Source: Eledone cirrhosa
Taxonomy: Eukaryota
Direction of reading: 5' to 3'
Assembly (NCBI GenBank): GCA_964016885.1
Contig: OZ024764.1
Span: forward strand, 16,678,001 to 16,742,000
DNA: 64,000 nucleotides
The notes below the pieces were generated by a model. The model was given only the letters and a program-made list of their open reading frames with translations. It had not been told where the DNA came from and did not search any database. The stretch's first letter is position 1. Each line of letters opens with the position of its first letter. Positions 51,158 to 64,000 of the stretch are shown here, one piece after another. The position numbers and the translations under genes were made by a program.

Positions 51158-53798
51158 CTTTACTGTCTTGTAGGTTGACACGGCTGTGTTTATCGTTAGA
51201 GCTGCCCTCATTGATTGTTCCAAGTCAGGAAGGGGAAGGAAGAAGTTTGTATAGGCTAGTCGGTTGACCGACACACCTTTCAAAGGGTGGGGTTTGCTCC
51301 GGTCAGTAGCATTGGTCAAAAGTGGCTTGGTGTGAGTAGAAGTTTCGGCTATTTGCATCTCATCACCACTAGCAACGTTACTGTCAATAGCATCCTTGTG
51401 TGTAACAGGGAGCAGATGGAATTGTGTCTGTACTTGGCTTTGGGTTTGGTTTGGGAGTTGGAGTTGGGGTTTAGTTTGGTTTTGGGTTTGGTTTGGGAGT
51501 TGGGGTTTAGTTTGGGTTTGATTTGGGAGTTGAAGTTGGAGTTGGGGTTTAGTTTGGGTTTGGTTTGGGGGTCGCAGTTGAAGTTGGGTTTCGATTAGGG
51601 ATTGGTTTTGTGTTTGGCGTCGGCAGAAATGGGTGGGAACAGTCTGAGACTGCTGTGATGAATTAGGGTCCTGGGATGGTTTAGGTTTTGAGATGTCTGA
51701 GAGAACTCGTCCCTCTACAGAAATCGCTTCTCTTTGTTGTAGGCTACAAACGTCCCCTTGATTTTCAAAACCAGTTATTTGAGAGGCCCGACCTTTTGAT
51801 TTCCTATGTCTTACAGGTTCTGTGAGAGGGGTCTCCTTTTGTAGTGGCAATATCTCAGATAAGGATGACTCTCCCAATGATGGTGACCACGATGTGGGAC
51901 CAGTTGCTGTGTTGTCAGGTGACACAACTAATAAAGTGGGGTCAACAGAAGGTCCTTGGCACAATGCAGCATTTTCAGTGTGAGTAAGTGTTAGTGGTAG
52001 TAGTGGTAGTAGTGGTGTTGGTGATGTTGGTGCTAGTAGTTCTGATGGTGGTGGCTGTGGTGGTTGTAGTTCTGGTGGTGGTGTTGATGTTGGTGCGTGT
52101 GGGGGTGGTTGTAGTTCTGGTGGTGGTAGTGGGGTGGAGGTGGTAGCATTAGTGGTGGTGTTGGTGGCAGTGGTGGTGGTGGTGAGTTCAGTAAATTTAC
52201 TCAGGTGGTCTTTAAAGTTTCCAGCGATTCTATGGAAGCCCGCAAGGATCTCCTCCACTTGGAAGTCACACGGAGGATTTTGGGTGTGGGGGGTGTCATT
52301 CGGGACAGTCGAGTATGGACTGTACTGGTTGTTGTTGTTGTTGTAGTTGTCAACACAGGCGTTGTCGTCCTTGTTGTTGTGCTGTTGGTGGGGGAGGTGG
52401 CAGGGGTCGTCGTCGTCGTCGTCATAGCAACAGTCGGTGGCTTCATTGCTCCCCACCAAGAGGCCACTGCCGGCTGCTCCCGAGGAGTTGTCGAAGCGGA
52501 GTGAACTGTGCCCCGGGATGACAGACGTCACGTCGTTCACGAGACGTGGCACAACGATGCTCCCGTCGTCGTCATCACCATCATCATCACTATCATCATC
52601 CTCCTCACCATCATCACCATCACCATCACCATCACCATCACCGCCATCATCCTCCTCACCATCATCATCATCATCACCATCACCGCCATCATCACTGTCA
52701 ACACCATCACCGCCACCATCACTGTCAACACCATCACCATCACTATCATCAACTTGAAGACCATCATCATCACCACTATCATCATCATCATCAGGCAGAT
52801 GTTCATAAAAGAACTGTTCCTCAGCAGCCTCACTGATGTTGTTGTTGTTGTTGTTGTTGTTGTAGTTGATGTCAGCCGTCCCTGGGGTGTCGGGGTCTGA
52901 GGCCAGTGAACTATACTCAGACTCAGACTCAGAAACATCGTCAACGGAAATCTCCGGAAAAACTTCGACGGGTGACAAACGAGGCCCTTTATGGTGCGTG
53001 GTGTTGCTTCTCTGGCGAGGGCCCCCCTCGGGCAGAGTTTGTCGGGGTCGGGGCTGAGGGGTCGGCGGGAGAGGCGAGACCTGGAAAAGAGACGAGGAAG
53101 AGTTCTCTCCCCTCGTGCAGTTGACACCGACCCTGGAGCAGCTAGCATCGGCACTGCTGAGCTCACTGGCGGCACACGGCAAAGATGACACTGCCACATG
53201 GCACCCCGAGTCAAGCCCTGACCCTTTGCCTAATTCAAACACCTCCTCCTCCTCCTCTTCCTGTCTAATGACTGTAGCCTCCGGTGAACCATCAGAATTT
53301 CCTTCTAACACATAAGAAGTGTCTCGCAGCGAATACATGGGCAGATCTGATTGGCCGGCAGTGGTGGAGAACAGTTTCTGCTTGTGTTTGTTGTTGTTGT
53401 TGTTGTTGTTGCTGCTGCTGCTGTTATTACTCAGATTGTTGTTGTTGTAGTACAATGTATTGAAACATGTTTTTGGTGATGGTGGTGGTAGTGTTGTTGT
53501 TGTTGTTGGTGGTGGTAGTAGTGTTGTTGTTGGTGGTGGTGGTGGTGGTGGTGGTAGTAGTGTTGTTGTTGTTAGTAGTGTTGTTGTTGTTGGTGGTGGT
53601 GGTAGTAGTGTTGGTGGTGGTGGTGGTAGTGTTGTTGATGGTGTTGTTGTTGTTGTTGTTGGTGAAGACAGCGGTGTTGGAGGTGTTACTACAGTCTTGT
53701 CACGAACCTCTACAGCCTGGCTGAACAAATTCGAGATGCTGGGAGACAGTTTGGCCTGGAGTATTACATTCATTTGATCCAGTTCCTTCATTTGCTGC
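51158..53798 (-). CDS. C2CD3: C2CD3 large low-complexity exon (QQMKELDQMN...NFFLPLPDLEQSMR...TYKTVK)
   Basis: Open for 2641 nt, atacag| acceptor, AAG|gtgaat donor. Ends resemble vertebrate C2CD3 motifs LSELDQIQ and NFFLPPQQLEASLR (recalled). Confidence 0.88.
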
Positions 53799-53829
53799 CT
53801 GTATATGGAGAGAGATAGGTAGATAGATA

Positions 53830-54150
53830 TATTTCTTTATTAGCCACAAGGGCGCACAAGAAAAGGGGACAATACAAGGACATATGCCAGGGATTTTACA
53901 TACAATCGTGTAAAAAAATTTTTTTAACAAACAAATTTAACAATCGAAATCCCCAATAGCGGGGAGGCGTTACAAATGGGTTGTTTAATACCACGTAGAG
54001 AGAACAATCCTCAACTCCAGGAGCGTGTTGAGCAACTGCTCCTTTCTTCCTTTTGCTCTCTTCTTCAACTTACAGGTTTATATACAGAGAAGGTCCAATT
54101 ACTCGGGCCATTCTCGCCACATTCACCCACCTTTCAGTAAATTTACATTG
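53830..54150 (-). mobile_element. Possible Tx1/L1-like LINE 3' end in (GATA)n
   Basis: KFTERWVNVARMAR-stop then a 3' UTR with AATAAAGAAAT. Tail repeated at ~54300-54370. Confidence 0.45.
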
Positions 54151-54999
54151 ATAGATAGATAGATAAGTAGGTAGATAGATAGATAGATAAGTAGGTCGAT
54201 AGATAGATAGATAAGTACATAGATAGATAGATAGATAGATAGATAGGTAGGTAGGTAGATAAGTACATAGATAGATAGATAGATAAGTACATACATAGAT
54301 ATATTTCTTTATTAGCCACAGGGGCACAAAAGAAGAGGACAAATACAAAGGGGGAAGTTTACATACAATAAAAACGAGATAGATAGATAGATAAGTAGAT
54401 AGATCATCATTTAACGTCCACTTTTCTCGCTAGCATAGGTTAGACAAGTTGGGTCATGTGACTGACTGTGTCTTACTCATATAGAACTTATATATATGAT
54501 CGCCATCATTGTTTTACATACATTCTTCCACGCTAGCATGGGTTAGACAAGTTGTCCTGTTGTGGGCAATGCCAGGTCAGGTGACCATGACTTGCTCATA
54601 CAGAACTGATTTTGGCTTGGTTTCTTCAGCTGGATGCCCTTTCTAACGCCATCCACATTTACAGTGAGTGCTGGGTGCTTATATATAAGGTGCTTATAAA
54701 GGTTCCTATCTATAAGAATATATAAATATATATAAAAATGAAGAAGTATTCTTATTCGGTATTCTGGAATCTTATATCATTTTATTAATTACACGGCCCT
54801 TGCTATTCTGAGTTCAAATCCCGCCGAGGTTAACTTTGCCTTTCATCCTTACGGGGTCGATAAAATAAAGTACCAGTAATACACTGGGTATTTTGCTGGC
54901 CTTGTGCCTAACGTAGAAACAATTAATTACATAACATAACAGCAATGACATAATTAATGAAATACACCCACCTCTATCCCAGAAAACTTTATAATTTAC

Positions 55000-55217
55000 C
55001 TCAGCTTCATCTTGAGGTCCTCCTCATTTGATGTAGTGAAATGGAAGGTCGGATGTTGCAATGCCAGAGTGTTCCTGGCAGATACTTGGTTCTGTTGCTT
55101 CAAAAGTTCGTGGTGGCGCTTCACGTTTTCATAATGTTCCTCGAAGTGGGATAACCTAGTCCCGGTCTTGTTGCTAGTGGTGGTCATGGTGGGACAGTTC
55201 ATAGGCACTCCCTTCTC
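55000..55217 (-). CDS. C2CD3: C2CD3 exon (EKGVPM...EEDLKMKL)
   Basis: cacag| acceptor, AG|gtaaat donor, 218 nt. Phase 2 joins the next exon as LR-QQMKELD. Confidence 0.8.
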
Positions 55218-55682
55218 CTGTGATGATGGAAGGTTTTTAGATAAATATAAACACCTTAACCCTTTCATTACCATATTTCTAATGAAAGACACTGTTGGTG
55301 TTTGGAACATAACTTAACAAAGGTTCTTACATAAAATTATGATGGAAGGTTTTTAGATAAATATAAACACTTTAACCCTTTCATTACCATATTTCTACTG
55401 AAAGACACTGTTGGTGTTTGGATCATAACTTAACAAAGGTTCTTACATAAAATTAAGATGGAAGGTTTTTAGATAAATATATACACTTTAACCCTTTCAT
55501 TACCATATTTCTACTGAAAGACACTGTTGGTGTTTGGAACATAACTTAACAAAGGTTCTTATATAAAATTATGATGGAAGGTTTTTAGATAAATATAAAC
55601 ACTTAAAGTAAATGGTTTTACATCATAGAATGTGGTGGTGATGGTGACGATTATGAAAGAATATAAGGTGTGTGACACTTAC

Positions 55683-55751
55683 CGACTGCAGCAGGTGATT
55701 ACTGAGGCGACACCAGTAGTGTTGCATTGATTCCATAGGCGTCACACTTAA
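55683..55751 (-). CDS. C2CD3: C2CD3 exon (LSVTPMESMQHYWCRLSNHLLQS)
   Basis: ttcag| acceptor, TCG|gtaagt donor, 69 nt, phase 0/0. Completes the last C2 strand (GQLK|LSVTP). Confidence 0.85.
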
Positions 55752-55947
55752 CTGAACAGATCACAGGTCACATACGGATGACCAGGTAGGTGTTAACAGA
55801 GAAAAAGAAATCAATTAGTCAAGCAGTTACTGAAACAGACCCACACAACTCCCTAACCCTAACTACCACCCTTTCAAAACTCACCCATCCAATTTATTTT
55901 AGTCTGTTTGACTTAAACTCCCCTAAATGGAGTTTTTCAGCATGAAT

Positions 55948-56536
55948 TTAACCCTTTAGCATCTACATTACTCTATATATACTATTGTATTTTCACAGTA
56001 AAGGCTTTACCTCACATAATATCTCACATAACATTTACATTACTCTATATATACTATTGTATTTTCACAGTAAAGGCTTTACCTCATATAACATTCACAT
56101 TACTCTATATATACTATTGTATTTTCATGGTAAAGGCTTTACCTCACATAACATTTACATTACTCTATATATACTATTGTATTTTCATGGTAAAGGCTTT
56201 ACCTCACATAACATTTACATTACTCTATATATACTATTGTATTTTCACAGTAAAGGCTTTACCTCACATAATATCTCACATAACATTTACATTACTCTAT
56301 ATATACTATTGTATTTTCACAGTAAAGGCTTTACCTCATATAACATTCACATTACTCTATATATACTATTGTATTTTCATGGTAAAGGCTTTACCTCACA
56401 TAATATCGAATCTATGAGATTTTGAAAGTATTTATTTTGAAAACAATACCTTAACATCAGTTTGAACAACCGGTTACAGCCAGTTTCAACAGAAAGAGGT
56501 AGAGAATTCTGGCCGGTTTGAACATTAAAGAGTTAA
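55948..56536 (+). mobile_element. Same MITE with ~7 units (72 and 60 bp)
   Basis: TTAACCCTTTAGCA...CATTAAAGAGTTAA. Confidence 0.82.
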
Positions 56537-57417
56537 TATGTATGTGATCAGATTAATATGTGAGGGGGGTGTTCCGAGGCCATAGTATCTAGAATAAGGA
56601 TGGGTTGGAAGAAGTTTAGGGAGCTGCTTCCTCTGCTGATGAAGAAGGGTTCCTCCGGTTATATGATGCCTGTGTGAGATGCTCGATGCTGCATGGTAGT
56701 GAGACATGGGCAGCAACTGTGGAAGATATGCGACGGCTGGAGAGAAATGAGGCAAACATGCTCTGTTGGATGTGCAATTTTTTTTAGGGCTTTTTCCGAG
56801 GCAATAAATATTTTTTTAATGCTAAATTATTAATAACAATATACCGTATTTGTCAGTCCCTTTGTATAACACGGTCCTTTTTTTTAATTATATTTTATGT
56901 TATATTTTGATGTTTATAGGCATTTTTATGGACCACGTCCAATATTCATGGTTTTTCACTCTCACAGGTGCTCTAGGACCCTAACCCCTGAAAATACCAG
57001 GGGACAACTATATATATATAAATTTGTAAAAATATAAATCCCCATCATCATTTAATGTCTATTTTTCACGCTAGTATGTGTAAGATGGGCAGTCCCTTTG
57101 TGAGAGACCAGAGGACCTTGATTTGCATGCACAGAACTGTTTTCTGCAGCTGGATGTCTTACCTAATGGCAACATTTACAGTGTGTGCTGGGTACTTATT
57201 GTCGTGACTCCTACACTGCTATCAGGACAGAGTTGGCCCTGCAAGTTAAAATGGCTATTCCAGTACACCTCCGTTAAACGGTGATAACAAGTACAATGAT
57301 GCTGATGGACGATGTAGATGTGTGATGTCATTATCGTCATCGTCATTGTTACATTTCATGTCTATTCTCCCTGGAGAAGTGTTTAGAAGTGGAAACCGTT
57401 ACCGTGACAACACTGAC

Positions 57418-57548
57418 CTTCAACTGACCGCGACATTGTCCACCAAAGTCCATAATGTTGTACCAGCCACTCAACTGATGAAGCCCCGAGACGAGAGGTA
57501 CCAGGTCAACCGAGACGTACCCGATCACCTGGTCACATGATGATTTAC
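57418..57548 (-). CDS. C2CD3: C2CD3 exon (KSSCDQVIGYVSVDLVPLVSGLHQLSGWYNIMDFGGQCRGQLK)
   Basis: tttcag| acceptor, AAG|gtcagt donor. Closely matches vertebrate [37 protein letters not shown] (recalled). Confidence 0.95.
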
Positions 57549-57855
57549 CTGAAAGAAGAGGCAAGGGGTAGTGTCGTTAACAGGTATTTAGTAAGCTTTC
57601 TACGGCTAGATGCCCTTCCTATCCCTAACCACTTTACAGCATATACTGGGGGCATTTATAGTGTAGATCAGACATGTCAAACACATGGCCCTTTACAAAC
57701 ACACCTGCAGCCCCTTACAAACACACTTGCGGCCCTTTACAAACACACCTGCAGCCCTTTACAAGAACACTTGCGGCCAGCACAAAGGTTTTTACAGCGC
57801 AAGCATGTTTTATCTTTGTAATATAAAATTAAAAAAATTAGTTGTAATGTCCGCA

Positions 57856-58212
57856 ATTAGTTGTCATGTGTGGTCCTCAGACAACACGTGGCCCTCGGAC
57901 AACACATTAGCTGTCATGTGTGGTCCTCAGACAACACGTGTGGCCCTCGGACAACACATTAGCTGTCATGTGTGGTCCTCAGACAACACGTGTGGCCCTC
58001 GGACAACACATTAGCTGTCATGTGCGGCCCTCAGACAACACATTAGCTGTCATGTGCGGCCCTCGGACAACACATTAGCTGTCATGTGCGGCCCTCAGAC
58101 AACACATGTGGCCCTCGGACAACACATTAGCTGTCATGTGCGGCCCTCAGACAACACATGTGGCCCTCAGACAACACATTAGTTGTCATGTATGGCCCTC
58201 AGACAACACGTG
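57856..58212. repeat. Minisatellite of 33-51 bp variant units
   Basis: ATTAGCTGTCATGTGYGGYCCTCRGACAACAC. Confidence 0.9.
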
Positions 58213-58771
58213 ACCCATTTGGCCAGGGGCCTGGTTTGCCTTAAAAATGTGAGGGGAACAAACCAACATTTGTTGATTCTTAAAGGAGCATGTTAGTATT
58301 GCTTATGCTACCTTTCCTGGACCCTGCCACAGTAGGAAAATTTTATGCTAATTAAATTTTATATATTCAAATGAAGTTCAGATATAAAATAAATAAGCTT
58401 AAAAAGAATTTATTATATCAAATAAACAAATAATAAAATATAGACGTGGGAGGGGGAGGGACTTAGCCCCTGGTATTATTTATTTCGAGAACAATGCCCT
58501 AACATAAGTATAAGTGGCCAGTTACAGCCGGTTTGAACAGAAAGAGAATTTTGGCCAGATATGGCAGGTTTAAATGCTAAAGGGTTAAATCAACCCCAGT
58601 GCATTACGGGTACTTTATATTATCGAACACGTAAGGATGAAAGGCAAAGTTAACCTCGGCGGGATTTGAACCAAGAACGTAAAGGGCCATAACTCTATGC
58701 TGAAAAGCATGGCGTCTGAGCCTCTACCAATACTGCCAAATAATAATAATATAAGAAGAATTGTTCCTTAC

Positions 58772-58823
58772 TAGAATCATTGGAAGAGGTTTCTGGTTTG
58801 TGCCAAACTTTGAAGACGAGGTT
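58772..58823 (-). CDS. C2CD3: C2CD3 exon (NLVFKVWHKPETSSNDS), absent from ORF track
   Basis: tttcag| acceptor, |gtaagg donor, 52 nt. LVFKVWHK matches the vertebrate C2CD3 motif (recalled). Confidence 0.92.
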
Positions 58824-58877
58824 CTGAAACAGAGAAGAAAGGTCGGAGATAAAAAACAGTTTATAATGTGACTGATA

Positions 58878-59680
58878 TTAACCTATTAGCATTTAAACCG
58901 GCCATGTCTGGCCAGAATTCTCTCATCTCTTTCTATTTAAACTGGCTGTGACTGGCCACTTATACTGATGTTAAGGTATTGTTCTCAAAATAAATAACAT
59001 CAAAATCTCATACATACTATATTATGTGAGGTAAAGCCTTTACTGTGAAAATACAATAGTATATATAGAGTAATGTAAATGTTATGTGAGATATTATGTG
59101 AGGTAAAGCCTTTACTGTGAAAATACAATAGTATATATAGAGTAATGTAAATGTTATGTGAGATATTATGTGAGGTAAAGCCTTTACTGTGACAATACAA
59201 TAGTATATATAGAGTAATGTAAATGTTATGTGAGATATTATGTGAGGTAAAGCCTTTACTGTGACAATACAATAGTATATATAGAGTAATGTAAATGTTA
59301 TGTGATATATTATGTGAGGTAAAGCCTTTACTGTGACAATACAATAGTATATATAGAATAATGTAAATGTTATGTGAGGTATTATGTGAGGTAAAGCCTT
59401 TACTGTGACAATACAATAGTATATATAGAGTAATGTAAATGTTATGTGAGATATTATGTGAGGTAAAGCCTTTACTGTGACAATACAATAGTATATATAG
59501 AGTAATGTAAATGTTATGTGATATATTATGTGAGGTAAAGCCTTTACTGTGACAATACAATAGTATATATAGAGTAATGTAAATGTTATGTGAGATATTA
59601 TGTGAGGTAAAGCCTTTACTGTGACAATACAATAGTATATATAGAGTAATGTAAATGGTATGTGAGATATTATGTGAGGC
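58878..59680 (-). mobile_element. Same MITE, truncated, ~9 units
   Basis: TTAACCTATTAGCATTTAAACC terminus plus array. Confidence 0.8.
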
Positions 59681-59963
59681 AATATATATTTTTTAACACT
59701 AAATTATCAACAACAATATACCACATTTGCTGGCCAATTGGACACCCCTTCACATAAGACTCTCCTTTTTTTATTATATTTTACGTTACATTTTGATATT
59801 TATAGGCATTTTTATGGACCAGGTCCAATATTTGTGGTTTCACATTCTTCACAGGGATCTAAGGAACGTAAGCCCTGCAAATACGGTGGACAACTGTATA
59901 TATACATATGAGGTAAGTGAACTCAAATTGCTGAAACTCATATATTTCGCTATGTCAACTTAC

Positions 59964-60120
59964 CTTGTTTTCCTCGTAGAGGAGACGTGAGGTGAGAAGG
60001 GTGTCGACGTCAAAGTCCCACAATGGACAGTCATCACTGTGGACAACACAGGTAGAGACTGTCCGACTTTTGTAGCCACTTTGGAAGGAAACGTAGGTGT
60101 TTGGTTTACAAATCTTGCCA
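59964..60120 (-). CDS. C2CD3: C2CD3 exon (GKICKPNTYVSFQ...CPLWDF...LLYEENK), C2 domain
   Basis: tttcag| acceptor, AAG|gtaagt donor, 157 nt. Entry phase 2 matches the previous exon. Confidence 0.92.
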
Positions 60121-61012
60121 CTGAAATCAAACATCATCATCATCGTCATTGTTTTTACAGTAACTTTTCCAAGATGGCAGCAGCAGGTATTTTTGAAGCA
60201 ATGTTTTACAACCAAACAGACTCAATAAAAACATAAAAACATACAAATAAATCTTTATCGTTTTTTTCTTATTATATCATCATCATCATCATCATCCATC
60301 TTCCATCTTCCACGCTAGCATGGGTTAGACGGGAATTGTCCCACTTGAGGCAAGATTGGTCAGGAGACTGTGTCTCGCTCGTATAGGACTGTCTGGCAGG
60401 TTTTCTACGGCTGGATGCCCTTCCTAACATCAACCACATTTACAGTGTGGACTGGGAACTTTTTACCGTGTCCCCTACAAGACCAATTTACAGTGTGGAC
60501 TGGGAACTTTTTACCGTGTCCCCTACAAGACCAATTTACAGTGTGGACTGAGAGGTTTTTACCGTGTTACCTACACGGCCACATTACAGTGTGGACTGTG
60601 TTTTTTTTTCATGACACCTACAAGACCTCTTTAGTTTGGACTGGATGTTGTGGTACCAACATATCTTTACAGAGAAAGGGTGGGAGTAGGGGTAGTGGGT
60701 TGGGGTGTATATTTGGTTAAGAGATGCCTACTAACTGTAGGTTAACTTTGCACGTAGGGCAGCCGGGTCTTCTGTATTACTGCGTGGCACCAAAGATCTC
60801 GATCCAGTTCTCTAACCCCAGTAAGTAAAGTACTCAATACATAGCAACGTATAAATTTTTAATACAGAAATGGCTCCTACAGGACTAGAACTGTTTCATT
60901 ATAAATGTATGATAACACACCAATGAAGAGAAGGAGGCGGAATGTAACAAAGACTATGAAAATGATAAAGACAGGGAGGGCTGACCCCTACCAGCAAAGC
61001 TCGTTAACTCAC

Positions 61013-61254
61013 CTGCTTTTGTTAGTGACGTGTTTGAGGTGCATAGCTTTCTCTATTGCTATATGTGCTTCGAACACTTCCAGAACATTCCACTTACGCC
61101 GCCACCGCTGGTCACAGTGGAGGTCAGTCGTGGCTTTCTCTACGGACGTGTTGCTCCAGTCTGAGACATCAGAGTCACTGCTGGAATCGACAGTAGCTGA
61201 GGTGAGGGTCATGTTTGGAGCGAGATGCTGTTTGGAGCCGGATGCAGTTGAGTC
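61013..61254 (-). CDS. C2CD3: C2CD3 exon (DSTASG...[24 protein letters not shown]), start of last C2 domain
   Basis: Pyrimidine tract plus ttgaag| acceptor, AG|gtgagt donor, 242 nt. IEKAMHL resembles vertebrate C2CD3 VERAMHL (recalled). Confidence 0.9.
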
Positions 61255-61300
61255 CTTCAAATTTGGGATTCAAGGGAAGAGAAAAAGACAACCACAATAA

Positions 61301-61374
<74 letters not shown>

Positions 61375-61387
61375 GCAGCCACAATAA

Positions 61388-61433
<46 letters not shown>

Positions 61434-61437
<4 letters not shown>

Positions 61438-62391
61438 GCAGACGACCTGACACTCATAGCGGAATCAATGGCCGAGCTAGAGAAGAAATTCCAAACATGG
61501 AAGCACGGCCTAGAGTCAAAAGGACTTAAAATTAACCTGGCTAAGACCAAAGTACTAGTTTGTAGGAAAGAAAACAAGGCGGCGGTCCCTTCTGGGAAAT
61601 GGTCGTGCTCGGTGTGTAGGAAAGGCGTAGGTAGAAACTCCATTTTATGTCCTAAATGCAAAGTATGGGTGCATAAAAGATGTAGTGGGATCACAGGTAG
61701 GCTAACTAAGAATATAGATTTTACATGTGGCCGGTGCTCTGGTGCAATAAGTAGCAGCAAGTGCCCACAAACTACTAGCTCTTTCAATTGCGCAGAGGGT
61801 TCTATAGAAATAGTGGACAGCTTCCGTTACCTGGGCGATAAAATCAGCAGTGGGGGAGGGTGCTCTGAAAGTACTGTAGCTAGAGTCAGAACTGGTTGGA
61901 AAAAGTTCAGAGAGCTTATACCACTATTAGCTGCTAAAGGGTTCTCACTAAAAATGAAAGGCAGGTTGTACGATGCCTGCATACGAACAGCAATGCTGCA
62001 TGGCAGTGAGACCTGGGCATTGTGTGCAGAGGATATACGCAGACTAGAGAGGAACGAAGCTTGCATGCTCCGCTGGATGTGTAACAGTAATATACGTGAA
62101 CGGCAAAGCATAAACGAACTAAGGAATAAATTAGAGATAAGAGGGATCAGATGTTGTTTACTCGAGAGAAGGCTACGTTGGTATGGACACGTGATGCGCA
62201 TGAAAGTCGATAGCTGTATAACAAAGTGCAGGGCAATAAAGATAGACGGTAGTCACGGAATAGGCAGACCTAGAAAAACCTGGGACGAGCTGATAAACTC
62301 CGACATCACACACTTACACCTCTCCAAGACAATGTCACTGGACCGAGACCTTTGGCGGTACTCAGTAACAGAGAAGACCCGCCTTACCTAA
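61434..62391 (+). mobile_element. 5'-truncated RTE-clade LINE with intact 3' ORF
   Basis: [28 protein letters not shown] and RRLRWYGHV motifs plus an internal Cys/His finger. Lies in a C2CD3 intron, antisense. Confidence 0.92.
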
Positions 62392-62780
62392 ATATATAGT
62401 AAAACCTACTCCAGCCAGTAGGCATCTCTAACAAAATACACCCCGTCCCACCACCCCCACCCGATCCACACCACCCCGTTCTATGTAAAGTTATGTTGGT
62501 GCCGCGCCATCGAGGCCGAAACAAATGAGATCGTGTAGGTGTCACGACAAAAAAACACACAGTCCACGCTGTAATGTGGCCGTGTAGGCAACACGGTAAA
62601 AACCTCCCAGACCCACACTGTAAATGTGGTTGGTGTTAGGAAGGGCATCCAACTGTAGAAAACCTGCCAGACAGTCCTATGCGAGCAAGACAATCACTCT
62701 TGCCTCAAGTGGGACTACCCCCGTCCAAACCCATGCAAGCGTGGAACACGGACGTTAAACGTTGATGATGATGATGATGA

Positions 62781-62950
<170 letters not shown>

Positions 62951-62953
62951 ATA

Positions 62954-62996
<43 letters not shown>

Positions 62997-63008
62997 ATAT
63001 ATACATAC

Positions 63009-63090
<82 letters not shown>

Positions 63091-63097
63091 GTATGTA

Positions 63098-63131
<34 letters not shown>

Positions 63132-63329
63132 AATTGTTTCTACTTTTGGCACAAGGCCAGTAATTACCCAGTACATTACTGGTACTTTATTTTATCGACC
63201 CCGTAAGGATGAAAGGTAAAGTTAACCTCACAGGATTTTAACTCAGACCGTAAAGAGACGTAACTCTATGCTAGAAAACATGGCGTCCATAATAATATTA
63301 ATAACTGTATATATATATATATCATCATC

Positions 63330-63930
63330 ATCATTTTACGTCCACTTTTCCCTGCTTGCAAGGGTGGGACGGGTCCTATTCAGCACAGCATCTCTCCACT
63401 TGTCACAGTCCTTCGACATCTCTTCCATGAGTTTCAGCGATCTGAGGTCTCTTTTTACCACCTCCCCCCATGTTTTTCGTGGTCTTCCTCTATTGCGTCT
63501 TCCTTCTACTGGCATTTCTTTACCCAGCGGTCATCCTCCATGCGCATCACATGTCCATACCATCTCAGTCTTCTCTCCTGCACTCTACAACCTATCCCTC
63601 TTATACCCAGTTTCTCTCTCACCACCTCCACCCATGTTTTTCATGGTCTTCCTCTACCATGTCTTCCTTCAACTGGGATTTCTTGGCACTTCTTTACCCA
63701 GCGGTCATCCTCCATGCACATCACATGTCCATACCATCTCAGTCTTCTCTCCCGCACACTACAACTTATCCCTCTCAGACACAGTTTCTCTCTCAACACA
63801 TCACATGTCCATACCACCTCAGTCTTCTCTCCCACACACTACAACTTATCCCTCTCAGACACAGTTTCTCTCTCAACACATCCATGCTCGGTCATTCACG
63901 TACATGTCTCTTCCTCCACAACTCTCTAAG
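63330..63930 (-). mobile_element. RTE LINE 3' end with internal duplications
   Basis: Repeated [20 protein letters not shown] segments. Confidence 0.8.
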
Positions 63931-63989
63931 GAATAATTGGCCAAAGATGAAGAAAAAGAAGAGAACATAGTAAAACCAGTAAGACTTAC

Positions 63990-64000
63990 CTGTAATTGGA
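63990..64000 (-). CDS. C2CD3: C2CD3 exon, 3' end only (..QLQ), continues beyond window
   Basis: Minus strand reads TTACAG|GTAAGT, a strong donor. Phase 0 fits the next exon. Confidence 0.6.

Noticed and set aside
52205-53777. Plus-strand His-rich and Val/Gly-rich ORFs
   Set aside because: Antisense shadows of the C2CD3 trinucleotide-rich exon.
57403-57417. Alternative donor extending the C2 exon (VSVVT|gtaacg)
   Set aside because: The upstream AAG|gtcagt donor is stronger and the next exon supplies the equivalent LSVTP strand.

Overview
AT-rich, microsatellite-dense animal genomic DNA. The repeat landscape (TA/CA arrays, RTE LINEs, Nin-domain tRNA SINEs) suggests an octopus or other cephalopod, which is an inference. 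Two minus-strand protein genes are supported. (1) The 3' half of C2CD3: nine exons from the right window edge to the stop at 49748, all GT-AG and phase-consistent, including the C-terminal C2 domain and a 2.64-kb low-complexity exon. (2) The first coding exon of HIP1/HIP1R at 29092-29178, whose next intron appears to cover the left ~29 kb. The rest is satellites, TTAA-flanked piggyBac-type MITEs, RTE/CRE/Tx1 LINE fragments and SINEs. Main unexplained structure: about 15 minimal type I hammerhead-ribozyme motifs in 5-6 unrelated families, mostly embedded in (TA)n tracts. Three of these elements are 330-350 bp palindromes with one hammerhead on each strand, probably Penelope-like element remnants. 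One sits ~110 nt past the C2CD3 stop. A ~5.3-kb inverted duplication between the two genes encloses a promoter-like spacer. Nearly all ORFs in the supplied track are repeat artefacts. All calls were made by eye without database searches, and repeat boundaries are approximate.
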